Origin: Chrysomallon squamiferum
Taxonomy: Eukaryota; Animalia; Mollusca
Assembly: GCA_012295275.1 (NCBI GenBank)
Contig: CM022671.1
Coordinates: 17,174,001-17,238,000, forward strand
DNA length: 64,000 bases
Direction: 5' to 3'
The position numbers and the translations under genes were made by a program. The notes under the pieces were generated by a model. That model saw only the letters and a list, made by a program, of their open reading frames with translations, was not told the origin of the DNA and searched no databases. Positions 1-13,600 of this stretch are shown in pieces (positions within the stretch are counted from its first letter, which is position 1; every line of letters starts with the position of its first letter).

Positions 1-617
1 TTAAAAAAAAATAAATAAATAAATAAATAAAAAATAAAAATTTATGAAATATAAAATAAAATAAATAAATATAATATTATTGCATAATAAGAATAAATGC
101 TAATCTATTAGAATTTATAACTGATAACACAGCCTTTGGATTTACGATATAAAAAAAACAGTAAATGCAATGTTTGTATGACAATAAAAATGTATATATT
201 AAAGAGAAAACTACTGTAAAATGTACAGATCCGCAACCACAAATTATAACTAAACAAATACAGAAGAACGTGACACATTATATATGTGCATTTTAAAACA
301 TGTGAAACATAATGGTATTTTTTTATTTCAGATTACACATGTACATTATGGACAAATAACGCATGGGTTTATTAATAAACAAAACAAAATATAAATTTTC
401 TTTGTTCTTCTTTAATTTTTATTAAAATAAAATAAAACAAAATAAAATAGCTATAACCTGACGATATCATTTGACATTATTATTGCATTGCTAAGTTATT
501 ATAAAATCTACACAGAAAGATTTATTTGATGAATAAGAAAATAATAAAACAACATTACATTTTTGAATTTTGATTTTGGACATTTGATATCATAATTGCA
601 TTGCTATTTTATAAGAA

Positions 618-648
<31 letters not shown>

Positions 649-3254
649 TCCCTTGTTAACATTATTTCCCTCTAAAAATTCATTTCATGTGGGTTTCCTG
701 ATTGATATATGATTTGTCAATGCAAGTAATGTTCTGAAGATGTTCAATACAAAATGAAATTTGACTACAATATTTCTACAAATTATAAAATTTCTAAGTA
801 CATCGAACACATACAAAGCTGATTAAGCTCTAAAAAAAAAAAAAAAAATTTAATTTAAATCGTAGATTAGTTACATGATAGTTTTTTTTTTTAAGTCATG
901 GTTAACTCTAAAAGTAAAAGGCAAATTTAAAAGTAAGTATAATATTATGAATAAATGGTTAATGTACATTTTGTGTACTTCTAAGTTACTGTTCAAGATA
1001 TATTTATTATTTTTGTTAATAATAAAGTTATAACAATAAAATAATATTATTAGGGGAATCAGCAAGGCACATAATTACATTTTATTTTATTGAGACAGTG
1101 TAAATCAAAATATTATTTAATATTATATAAAATAAAACCTTCGTAGATGGAAGCACTCACTAATAAAAAAAACCTATCCTCAATCTGTTAGGGATTTTTG
1201 TGTTTTTCATTTTCTCTAAAATTAAAAGAATAATAAAATAAATAAATAAATAAATAAAAAAGTAATAATACTAATAATAATGATAATAAAAAATATGTAA
1301 CATGTAGCCTCATTTTGTTAATATAAATTTGTATATTTTAGAGCTATACTTTATTATCAGCAAATACTGAATACAACAACACAGTAATATGGAAAAGTGA
1401 AGAGATCTCAATTATTTAGCCTGTGTGTAATCTCTCTCTACAGGTTCACTTATTAACATGTTAATCAAATAAAACTGTTATGAGTCACCACTATAAAATA
1501 TACACATAGGCATTAGGTGTCTTTATAATAATCAGCTAATTAGTACAATAAATATATTTTTGTCAATAAAATGTAGGTTTACTAAGACACATTTTTTCAG
1601 TATTTTAACACAGCTATTCTCATGACATGGTGAACCTATATAATAAGAATAACTAACAGTTGTTTGTTTTATAAGATTTCTCAAATGAATTAAACATTTT
1701 GGTTGAGATGGAAGAAACACGAAGGGACGTAACTCTTGACAGACACATTTTATTACATAATGAATGGATGAGAACTGAACTGATGATGAGTTTCAGAACA
1801 AACCCTGTGATGATTTGAACATGACTTGTTTTATGGCGAATATCTTTATGATTTAAGTATTTGCTTCTTATCCATTAATTTACTTATAATAATTTGGTGG
1901 GACCAGTCTCAATCTGAGAAAGAATATCATAGATGTATGTCAAAGTGAAAACTTGTTTGTCAAAACCAAAGGTCAGTATAAAATCAGCAGCATCATTCTT
2001 AAAGTGATAACTTATAAAATGCAAACACATTACAACAAATAACAACTAAAATGTTATTAATGTATAGTAAAAACATGAGAATATAAAATTATGCTTAAAA
2101 ATTTTGTTAATTAAAACAATATATAATCATTTGTCATTATGGTTCATGTTTTTAATTAAATTTCTTTTATATATATATATACATACTGAAACATATTGTG
2201 GTTTTTTTTTGTTTTTTTTTTTTTATTTTTTTAAAATAATCTATTCAGATACTGTGAAAATAAATCAAGATTGTTTTTTTTACTGTTAAGAAGAAATAAA
2301 TAATATTTATATTTACCGAACATTCTCTGAATGCTAAAAAGATTTTTGTTTAATTTTGACTTTTTTTAAGATGCTGCTGTCCTGTGTAGAGCTAATTATC
2401 TTATTTGCCTACACTAGCTTCTTTTCTTTCTTTCCTTCTTTCTTTAACTGAACAATTTTCTCAAATAGATGGATAAACCCTGAAGAAAACCATTTGCATT
2501 TATTCCCTGATTTTGTTCACCAACGATTAATTATTAGTGTTAGTAATTATAATTATAATCCTTTATAAATCTCAAATTAATTATTATGACTATTTATTAG
2601 CATATATTTAAATGTATTAAACTTTTACCTACTGGATTCTTCTGTACCAGATCTGCTAAGTTTTGACTAATATACACATTAACTGAACCATAATTATATA
2701 ACCTGAAGTTTATTTTTTTTTTTATTCCTGAACAAATCTATAATTGATTATTTCAGAAAATGATTATAAATCTGTATAAAATATTTACATTTAAATAAAG
2801 TGTTTTTGATATGCTACAGTTTGCATTATACTGAAAAAAGAAAATAAAATCCTTTCACTAAATCAATACCAATACCATAATGAAATAATGAACAAATTTG
2901 TACATTTTTAACCATAAACCTTAAATTAATATTAAAAATAAACTATTTTAAACAAATGCATTAAACATATAATAAAATGTAACAGCAATATTTTTAAAAT
3001 TTTAGTTTAAATGATTAATTTTTAACTTACTTGAAATAATTATTTGCTAAATAAAACAATATTCATAATACTTTCCAGGTTTAAACATATGTAAAGAATT
3101 AAAAATATTTTTAAAAATTATTTAACTTGTTCCATAATTTCAATGTACATTGATGTGACCAATATAAGTGCTAATGCAAGCTTCATTATAATAACTGAAA
3201 ATAAATAAGAAATCATTGAGGTGAATATAATCTCATTATGAAATAATAATAATT

Positions 3255-3304
<50 letters not shown>

Positions 3305-3598
3305 TTTATCACTTTAAATATTATTAAATATATAAATTAAATAAATAAATTAAATAATAAAAAAAAAAAAAATAAAATAAAATAAAATAAAGATATTTGT
3401 GTACTATATGCCCTATGTCAATCTGCACAAAGAACTGCATGTTAATAACAGTTCATTTTTACCAAAACATACACAAACACATGACTGTTACAAAATGATT
3501 ATAGCTTGTAAAATATATATCAGCAGTTTGATACAGGAATGCATTATGTAAATATAAAACTATAATACAATGATATACTAAAAAAAAAAAAAAAAAAA

Positions 3599-3639
<41 letters not shown>

Positions 3640-3899
3640 AATAAATAAATAAAATAAAATAAAAAGGCAAGAGAACAATATATCTGACAGCAAAAATTTG
3701 ACCTAGTCATTCTGAATGTGATTTCAAAGTGAAATATTCCTACAGCAGATATTAATTTAACAGCTGAAAATAAAAATAAAAATATATAAAAATGAGAACC
3801 ACAGCCATTGTTCTGAAGGTTAAAAATCCTTTATCCCAAATCCAAAAAGCTTAAAAAATCCTGTGATAAAGCATCTTATCCTCTTTGTTTTCTTCACGT

Positions 3900-3934
<35 letters not shown>

Positions 3935-4450
3935 TGTATATCTAAGATTATTTCTTCAGGTATAATTTATATACATCCAGAAAATAGATACATTAATAGA
4001 TACTATTCCTCCACCCATCGTTGCTTATGTTTGTGTTTTCATATACACCAGTTCACATTTTCTCTCAAAATGTGTAATTTATATAAATGTGTCTTAATTA
4101 GCAATTGTAAATATTACTGAATGTTTTAGTTACAAATGAATAATAAAGACAAATGTTATACTCAGACTTCAAGGATTTCAGATAAGGGATGGTTAACCTG
4201 TAAATTGGTAAATCATTTTAAATTCTCTAGCTGCCTGTTTAACAAATTTAATGCTAATAAATGGCTAAAATTAATTTGCCTCACAGAAAATAAAATAATA
4301 AAAAATTAATAAAAATACAATAATTTTATATGTATATATATATATTATGTATATATATCTATATAAATATATGTGTATGTGCAAAAAAAAGCTGAAGATA
4401 AGAAATGAACTAAATAATGTTATTTTAAAATGATATTACTGATTGACTCA

Positions 4451-5491
4451 TTAGTACAGCGTATCATTTACAAGCCTCTTATCACACTTCCAGCTCTTTC
4501 CTTTCCAAAACCAGTGACCAAACTTTTTGGCTCTGTGAATCTTGTTTTTATTTCCCTTTATCCAGTTGTTGTTGATGATCAGTGGCCTCATGTTTTCTTG
4601 TTCTTCTTCAGAGAGCTTGTACCAGAGGCCATCCGCGAACACACTGAACGGCAAAACATTCACCTTCACACCAGCATATTTATCTTTTATAAGCCGATTA
4701 AAATACGTCTGATCATTGTCATTCTCCGAAATGAGCTGCTCTTCTGAGAGATATTTAATACTTTTACCCAGCCTTTTCATCATGTTTGTCAGTTTGTTCC
4801 AGAAGGTAATCAGAGGCTGTGTTGGCACCATGTACAGAAAACCTGCAGCAACCATGCCTTTCCTTTCCGATATCGCCGAGGCAACGATCTCGTATCCGTG
4901 ACTTTGCTCCTTGCATTCAGGAATGGGGTTTGAAAACCAGATGCAGTCCACTTCGAAAAGAAGCATCTCTATCCCTTGTTTTAACAAAGAAAGAATTATT
5001 TCTGTCCTTCTCACCATCAGCTGTAAATAGCCTACTCTGCTGAATTCCTGTGCTCCACCAACATAATTCATGTCCTGCATGGAAACAACTGTGACCTGTG
5101 GCCAGTCTCTTTTTAATTTCTTCTGAGAGGAAGCATCAGTCACAATGAACAACACTTGCTTGTGGATTCCCATGTACATTGTGTTGCAGAGCCAGCTGTA
5201 TGCAAAAGGCAGATAAGCATTGTTAATAAGACTAACAAGAACAGGTAGTCCACGTTCATTTATTTTTTGGGCTGTTAATATTATTTTTGATGTGTAATTC
5301 TGATGCTGGCGTGGATTATATTTATATTTTGATAATCTCGGATTAAATTTTCTATTTTCTATTTCCAGGAATGATACTGCATCTGGTCGCCTTTTAACTT
5401 GTATTTCATAGTACTCCAGGAATAAAAACATTGCTAATGTCAGCAGAAGTAGGGCAATGTATATCTTAGTTCGACAACCAAATATCTTCAT
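4451..5491 (-). CDS. Nucleotide-diphospho-sugar transferase (Nucleotid_trans / GT77-like), type II Golgi membrane glycosyltransferase, 346 aa, uninterrupted CDS
   Basis: Long ORF with an N-terminal signal anchor (IYIALLLLTLAMFLFL). Family-typical blocks: 'NNAYLPFAYSWLC', 'RRTEIILSLLKQGIEMLLFEVDCIWFSNP' (DxD position reads EVD), 'AAGFLY', 'NDQTYFN' and C-terminal 'NNNWIKGNKNKIHRAKKFGHWF'. Family assignment is from motif recognition, not a search. Confidence 0.85.
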   Translation of the reverse strand: MKIFGCRTKIYIALLLLTLAMFLFLEYYEIQVKRRPDAVSFLEIENRKFNPRLSKYKYNPRQHQNYTSKIILTAQKINERGLPVLVSLINNAYLPFAYSWLCNTMYMGIHKQVLFIVTDASSQKKLKRDWPQVTVVSMQDMNYVGGAQEFSRVGYLQLMVRRTEIILSLLKQGIEMLLFEVDCIWFSNPIPECKEQSHGYEIVASAISERKGMVAAGFLYMVPTQPLITFWNKLTNMMKRLGKSIKYLSEEQLISENDNDQTYFNRLIKDKYAGVKVNVLPFSVFADGLWYKLSEEEQENMRPLIINNNWIKGNKNKIHRAKKFGHWFWKGKSWKCDKRLVNDTLY

Positions 5492-5753
5492 CTTTCTTTT
5501 GATATTTATGTGATTCCTACCTTCCTTTCATAGCTAGCATTTGTACTGAAATAAAACAAAATAAATAAAATGATTAAATACAAACACTCAGTAGATAAAG
5601 CCAAAATATACTGTCCAAAAATTAAAATTGAACAGTCTAACTGTTGCCCCTCCTATCCATAGAATATATTTATAATTAAATTTATAACTTACTTTCTTAG
5701 TATATTGAATATTTCAAATGAATCAAAAGATAAAAAATAATGGATTGAGTTAT

Positions 5754-5786
<33 letters not shown>

Positions 5787-5884
5787 GAGAATATAACTAT
5801 ATACCTTACTAATATAAATCTATATAAAATTATAATATATTATATAATAATAAGATAGCCGATATATGATTAAATAGATATTAC

Positions 5885-6050
5885 CTCACTTTAAGTTCAA
5901 TTAGAATGTTCTTGTTCAGTAATTAGGTATACGTTAAAAGAACAAAATTCATGTCTTTATTTCTTATAGAGGAAACAATGGTAGTTAAAAATGCAAAGAA
6001 TTTGTTAAAACGAAAAACATATGTTCCGATAACATTGCCCCCGGAAGCAT
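5885..6050 (-). promoter_or_regulatory. Probable non-coding first exon and promoter of the glycosyltransferase gene
   Basis: Minus-strand acceptor (tttcag) at 5546-5551 just 5' of the ATG, and minus-strand donor GAG|GTAA at 5881-5887, define a 5'UTR intron of ~5546-5884. ETS-type motif CCGGAAG at 6041-6047. CpG dinucleotides reappear from here onward. Confidence 0.4.
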
Positions 6051-8104
6051 TTTACATTGCTCAAGGGACATAACTCTCAATGAAGATGTAACTAAAATGA
6101 TTAACGGAGGAAGGATAAAGGAGAAAAAGAAAGGTCTACAAGGACCACCTGAAACGTTCTTCAAAATGTAAATAAAAAGAGTGAAGATATTTAATCAAAG
6201 AAAATATATAAGAATACTGAAAAGAGAAGTAGGCATGCGTATTTCATAACAAGGATAATGATCGGTGGCTGGAGGGGAAGTTATAATATAACTTACAATA
6301 TTAATTTAATAATTGTAATTAATTCCTTAAGGAAGAATGTTTGGCGTAGAAAATGAGAATACTGCATAGTTTGTTTTTCCCATGAGAGCTAGGGATACCG
6401 GCTTGATATCATTGGCATTAGCCAATCAACGATCAGTTCTGATGAGATTCCGCCATATTAATGCTTAGTGTAAGCTTCAATCAATTTAGCTTGTTTCTTT
6501 TTTTGTTTTTTTGTTTTTTTAAATAAAGACACATCAATAAATATTTCAGTTTTAATGTATGTTGTTCATTCGACTGTACTTTAACAGGAAAAAGTAAATG
6601 CTTTAAAGTTTTTTTTCATTATCATTATTTCCAAAATTGGCTTTAGTTTTGATTAAAACTGTAACACTGGAGGGAAAAACCCCCTAGAAAAACAACAACA
6701 AAACAACAACAACAACCGGAAACATAACCCCAACAAACAAAATAAAACAAGCAAACAAATAAATAAATAAATACACAAAACAACAACAATTAAATTTTGG
6801 AACTTTTAAATGTTAGTGGTCACACGAGTATTATTGTTTAATTGTGTAAAGATCATTTGTAAACCTAGGACTGCAACAACAACAACAAGTAAATAAATAA
6901 ATAAATAAATGAGTAAAAAATTACTAATAATGAATAAAAAAAAAATAAAAAATAAAAAAATAAAAAAAATAAAAAAAAAATAATAATAATAATAAAGTTA
7001 TATTAATAATGAGGTGTACGTTTTTTCTTTTCTTTCTTTCTTAATTAATAATAATCTTGTTATCCAGATCGTGATTATGATACAATACAATTTATGGTTA
7101 TTGCAGATTTTACGTGATATTTTAATCTTCCCGATGACGTTTGAAAGCATAACCCCCGTGTCTGCATGTCCAATGGTTTTGAGAAAAACTACATCATACA
7201 CTGTAATTGGACTAGATAAAATACTATTTCAGTGATAGTTTCGGATCTGCATAACACAATGTAACGCAGAACTGGTTTAATAATACTGAATACACAAACA
7301 TTTTGCTTCATACTTTGAACAAAAAAAAAAAAAAATAATAATAATAATAAAAAAAAAACATAAATATATATAAAATAAACAGCTTTCGGAATTTTGAATT
7401 ACTGTTGGCTATCTTCACAATCATCATCAACACCGTCACTCCATAATCATCCTAATTTATAATTATCATCATTATGAATATTAATTATTGTCAGTAAACG
7501 TCGTCATCGTCATCATGGTCAACACCATTTTTTTTTTTTTTTTTTTTTTGTTAACTGATAATAAACAGCAGTTAAGCAGTCTTCCCTAAAATATATTTTT
7601 TTCTTCTCTCTCGATTAACAAAAATTATAACGAGATTTTAAAACTTCTCGTCTTCCACGTTAAACTTCCACGCATGTGCACTTTACTTTCGTTATATACC
7701 TGTAATACGTTTTCTCTGTACTGAAATCCTTACAGTTTATGAAAATAAAGTCATTGCCCTTGTCTGGCCCTTAATAGGATGATCTGTTTTAATTACTATG
7801 CTTCCGATCTGCAATGAGGATTAACTTTTTAATCAGAGCAATTAATATTTATCAAGGTGTGGCACCTCCAATACGTCAGCTGCCACATGCTTCCAGCGAG
7901 AGGGAGTCGGTGTTGGGTCGTTTTATAAACAAATTCAGAATGTATAAGATTTATTATTTCAGAATATTATTGTAGTTTGTGGTAATTGTGTAATGTTGCA
8001 TTTGCCAATAATAACCGTAAATAATAATTAAATCAGTATATACCCACGCAGTAAAAGCAGTTAATTCATAAAATGGATTATTAATATTATGGCAGAAAAA
8101 ATGA

Positions 8105-8700
8105 GGCTTTTGTCTTGAGAAGGAGATGTTTTATCCAGCATAACGTGCGTCTTGTACTCTAGGAAAACACGTTAAATTTCACAGAAACTGTTACCAGTCT
8201 TTCATGTACATCGCCATACTTGTATAACTATACTTTTGTCTTGGGGACGAGGTTTTTTATCCAGAGTTTTTTTTTTTCTTGTATTCCAGATTTCTCAGTT
8301 TTACATCGCCATTTGTAACACAATACTTTTTTCTTATTCAAGAGGTCTTTTAACCAGAGTATTTTAAATTTATCTTTTGGCTTGTATTCTAGAAAAAAAC
8401 ACGTTAGATTTCTCAGAAACTGTTTGTAATCTGTCATGTACATCACCATTCTAACACAACGATACTTTTGTCTTGTTGAATCATCCAGTCATTTCTAGAA
8501 GAAAAAAACACATTAAATTTCTCACCATTTAGTATCAACAACAAACGATACCTTTGTCTTGTTCAAGATGTCTTTTATCCAAAGTTTTTTTTTTTTTTTT
8601 TTTTTCTTTTTTATTTTGTATTCTAGAAAAATCACGTTACATTTCTCAGAAACTGTTAGTGACCTATCACGTACATCGCCGCGCTAGTATAACGACAAAG
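8105..8700. repeat. Degenerate tandem repeat, ~5 units of roughly 90-130 bp
   Basis: Recurring blocks 'cttttgtcttg', 'ttttatcca', 'tctagaaaaaa(c)acgtta', 'cagaaactgtt' and 'gtacatcgcc' in the same order. Confidence 0.7.
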
Positions 8701-9339
8701 AAGATAATAATACTTCCACAGAACTGCGTATCTCCTATTACGTAAACACAAATTAATGGCAAAGATTACAAAGGGCGAATGCACAGCATCGATTCGATTG
8801 TTCTTCTGGAGAGGTTTTTACACTGAAGAGCGAAATGTGTTTTTGATCGATAACAGCCGTTTATCTCGTATTCGTACAACGAGTAATAATTTGAAAAATG
8901 ACCAGAGTTACGAGCAGTAGTAATCAGGTTTTATTTCTCATTGATTTTTTCCTCTGACCACTGGTTGCTAATAAGACGTTAAACTGAGCAGATGAGATTC
9001 GTTTCGATTCTACTGGATTATCACGTAAATTATTTTAATTCGTATATCATCGTTATTATTAGTTATTATACCTGCTAATGAATGCAAAAGAAAGAAATAA
9101 AAAAAAAAAAAATAAGACGCATTGTCCAATGAAATTCACGCCGATGTTACCTTAATACAGGTATATATGTATAAATATATATATATAAAATAAAAAGATG
9201 CCTAGAAGATTATGTTGTTGGTTTTTCGAAAGAGAATAACCTCGTTGCCGACAGTAAGTATTATATACATAAAATAGTTAATAAAATAGAGTATGTTCTA
9301 TATAATGATAATAATAAAATAAAGTACTGTTTATGTAAA

Positions 9340-9570
9340 TTTGTAACAGTGATTAAAATTAAGTATTGGTATATAATACTCATTAAGATTAAGTGTTGTG
9401 CATTTAACAGTAATTAAAATAAATTGTCCACATAATAGTGATTAATTAAATCATTTTGTAGATAACAGTGATTAAAATAAATTATTTTATAGATAACAGT
9501 AATTAAAATAAATTAGTTTGCACATATATAATAGTGATTAAAATAATTTATTGTGTATATAATAAAATAA
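9340..9570. repeat. AT-rich minisatellite, ~30-35 bp unit, upstream of the GPCR
   Basis: Repeated 'taacagtgattaaaat(a/t)aa' and 'taatagtgattaa' units. Confidence 0.65.
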
Positions 9571-9834
9571 TTTATTAATGTATATAATTTATGACGCACC
9601 TATTTAAACATTCACTGAGGTATGCAGAGATGTACGTACATGACTCGAGCATGAAAGTACATACATATTTATACATACATACATACATACCTATATACTC
9701 ACACACACATACACATGCAAACACAGGAACCTATTTACTTCCGAGGGCCTTTTGTTTCTGACTTTGCCAATCAGCAATAAAGAACAAATATTAACTTTTC
9801 AGTATTCGAACTGAACCGACTGACGGACGTGAAG

Positions 9835-10549
9835 ATGTCAAACACGTCTGAACTTAAGTTTGGCCGACACGAATTCGTCACGACCAGTCCAGAGATGGCC
9901 ATTCCTATTTTTGTCGCCCTAGGCCTGGGCACCGTGATTGGAACTTTTGGAAATATTCTCATTCTTCTAGGAGTAGCCAGAGGCAAAGATCTGCAGAACA
10001 TGGAATCGGTGTTCATTGTGAATTTAGCGTGTTCCGATCTCTACGTAACAGCCTTGGCAGATCCCATGAGCATCACAGGTAGAATTTAATCATGTGTAAA
10101 GAAATCAGTTATAAATTACGTTAAATTTACGTTAAATAAACGTCTCTGTATTTGTTCCCTACAGTATCACAGGTAGAATTAAATCGTGCATAAAGCAGTC
10201 AGTTATAAATTACGATAAATAAACGATTCTGTATTTCTTCCCTACAGTATCACAGGTAGAATTTAATCATGGATAAAGCAGTCAGTTATAAATTAAGTTA
10301 AACGATTCTGTATTTCACAAGATTAAAGATAAGTTTAAGGAGGTTCAAGCCAAAGATAATTATCTGAGGCCAAATCTTGCTAATAAGAAACAAAATGATT
10401 AATATAATAGAAGATAAATAATATTTAACAGTGATTCATTGTTGAAATAATCCTAAGCTAAATCACTGGTAAAATTGAAATATTTAAAATGAAATTATAT
10501 GTTATATTACGATAAGAATTATATATTTCACTGATCATACACACAATCA

Positions 10550-10645
<96 letters not shown>

Positions 10646-13600
10646 TTACTAGTTACTTTAACGAAATGATTCTACAGAACTTAACTTTAAGATAACATTT
10701 AAATAGCAGTTTATATAATTTTTGTATTAAAAGTTAACTAAAATCATTTTGTTAAAATAAAATAGTAAATTTACACACATACACACACACACACACACAC
10801 ACGTAAATGTGTCTGTGAATTTATATGAGTATGTGTGCGTTTTGGCGAGTGTGTGTATAGAAGTGTGTAACGCCATTGTAGTTTGTCGCAAAGCATGTTG
10901 GTCTGATTCACAGAATACAGTTAGTGGGTGTTATTATTAATGTTGAGGTTATTCAATAATATAAAAGAAATTTAATACTCAACCAATTATTCATTGTACA
11001 GTTCAGCACGATTAGCAGTGGTTAGAATTCAGGCAATGATGGATCTTATCAGTCTATGTCTGCCTATATATCTATCTGTCTATCTATCTATCTACCTATC
11101 TATCTATCAGTCTCTGTGTATCAACTATCTATCTGTCTGTCTATGTGTATCATCTCTCTATCTATCTATCTACCTATCTATCTATCAGTCTCTGTGTATC
11201 AACTATCTATCTATCTGTGTGTATCATTTCTCTATCTATCTATCTATCTCTACATCTATATGTATATGTTACAGAAATCACTAAATTTGAAGGCGATCTA
11301 CGTATTATATTACAGAAACGACATGTTTAGAGTTCAGTTATATTGCGTTACAGGAATCACTATGTTTGAAGGAGAGTCAATATATTACAGAAATGACTGT
11401 ATGTTTAAAATCGATTTAAATATTATATTGCAGAAATCATTTTTTCTTTAAAATCAAGTTAAATATTACGTTAAAGAAATCATTGTCGAATTATACATTA
11501 CGTTACATAAATTGCTGTAGGCCTATGTTTAAAGTTATATGCTACGTTACATAAATCACTGTATCTTTAAATCGAGTTATATATTATATTACAGAAATGA
11601 CTTGTTTAAAGTCGAGTTATGTATAACGTTACAGAAATGACTATTTGAAGTCGAGTTAAATATTTTATTATAGAAATCACTTTGTTTAAAGACGAGTTAT
11701 ATTACATTACAGAAATCACTATTTGTATATGTTACAGAAATCACTATTTGAAGGCGAGTTATATATTACGTTACAGAAGTCACAGTGTCTGAATGCGAGT
11801 TTTTTTATAACGATGCAGAAGTCATTTTATATTTAAAGTTATATATTACGTTACATAAACTACTCTATGTACCTCGCAGGTTTACAGTAACATTTAAATT
11901 GGAATCATGGTTATACGTTAAAAAATGACTGTTTACAAATCACAAATATATGACAAAAAATCAAAAGTTAAAAATGTATGAAAGAAAAACTGTGACTCTC
12001 AATCTGATTAGTCCAGTAAAACTAAGTAATATTTCAATCCAGTCGTTTTCAATATGCATTATATGTGTAGGTAATGTTTAACTGTGACTGTTAAAATAAA
12101 TATAGATAATAATAAAGGAGAAACCCAGTGCTGAAATATGAGTGAATTATAGATTACTTTTAGAAGACTATGTATCTCTGTTTACTATCATAGCCTTTAT
12201 TAGACAAGACTGAAAAAGAGAAAATGCAAATAATCAATACAGCTTTAAAAAAGAAAATCATAAATATCCACAGTTATGATATTCAGCAATACGAGAGTTG
12301 TGAAATACAGAACATAGAAACAAAAAGCATAAAAAATATATATATTAGATCTTATATCTAAAAGTTTATAGTATATTTGTATTTTTAATGAAGTTAGTGA
12401 TTGATGATATGTCTTCATCTCCTCCGTAGTGACTTATCAATCAAATCCAGGTTTTATCTGTAAAAATAATTGTTTATTGTATTCTCTAAACTAGTTCGTT
12501 TTTATTTATTTATTTATTTTTATTTATTTACTTAGTTATTTACCTTTGTTATTTATTTATTTACTTATTTACTTCGTTCTTATCTTATTTATTTATTTAC
12601 TTCGTTCCTTTCTTATTTATTTATTTACTTAGTTCCTTTCTTATTTATTGATTTATTATTATTATTATTTCTTTTTTAATTAAAATATACTCATGGTTTT
12701 TGTTGTATTCAGTTTCCTTCATTTCATAGTCTCTCTGTATGTCTTTCGGTTTATCTCTCTGACTCTCTGTCTGCCTTTTAATCTCTAATAATCTATCTTG
12801 TCTTTCTGCTGTCTTCTAGTTATTTATCCATTTCTCTGTTTCTAGCTATCTATCTATCTGTGTATCTAGCTACCTGTCTATCTGTGTCTCTTTATATCTA
12901 TGTTTGTCTGTCTGTCTGTCTGTATCTATTTATTCATCCATCTATTTATTTATATACGTCGATCTGTCTGTGCATCTGACTGTCTGTCTATCTATCTATC
13001 TCCTTATCTCTCTGTCTGTCTGTTTGTTAATAACTCTGTCTGTCTGACTGTCATGTGTAATCTAGTTATTAATCAAACACTCCCTAGATTTAATTTTGTT
13101 TTTCTTGTAGCTAAACTGGAAGGAGAAGAGTTTTTCGACAGAATCCCAGGTTTGTGTAGAGCCATCGCCTGCATGTGCACCATCTCCTGCGTCAACTCCC
13201 TCATGTCCATATCAGCCCTCAGCTTCAACCGCTTCATCTACATCTGTCACAACAAATACTACAAGACGATCTTCACCGTGAAACGGTGCATCTGCATGTG
13301 CGGGGTCTTCTACACCATCGGCATCTGCCTCACGCTTCTCAACTTCTTGGGCATCGGCGACCACACGTTCGACAGGAAGAGTCTAGAGTGCATCTGGGAC
13401 CGCATGGCCACGTACCCGTACACCGTCGTCTTCTCCATAGTGTTAGTGTGGATCCCGATCATCGTCATCGGCCTGTCTTACTTGAACATCTTTCTGCGCG
13501 TCAAAGCCTCGCGACAGAGGATCCACCAGTCGCGAATCAGCCAGTCGAGCACGTCGTCCAGCTTCGTCTCCAGTTTTCAGCTATGCAAGACAATGTTCAT

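Noticed and set aside
1-4400. Search for coding exons or RNA genes left of the glycosyltransferase
   Set aside because: Very AT-rich with A/T and TAA runs; no convincing exon, tRNA or rRNA signature seen.
4430-5043. Plus-strand ORFs 4430-4747, 4716-4901 and 4819-5043
   Set aside because: Antisense shadows of the glycosyltransferase CDS.
11268-11860. Regularly spaced ~40-bp repeats superficially like a CRISPR array
   Set aside because: Degenerate head-to-tail units without unique spacers, inside a eukaryotic intron, with no cas genes.
12900-13110. N-terminal part of the 335-aa ORF
   Set aside because: Intronic (TCTG/ATCT repeats); the real exon starts at the acceptor at 13110.
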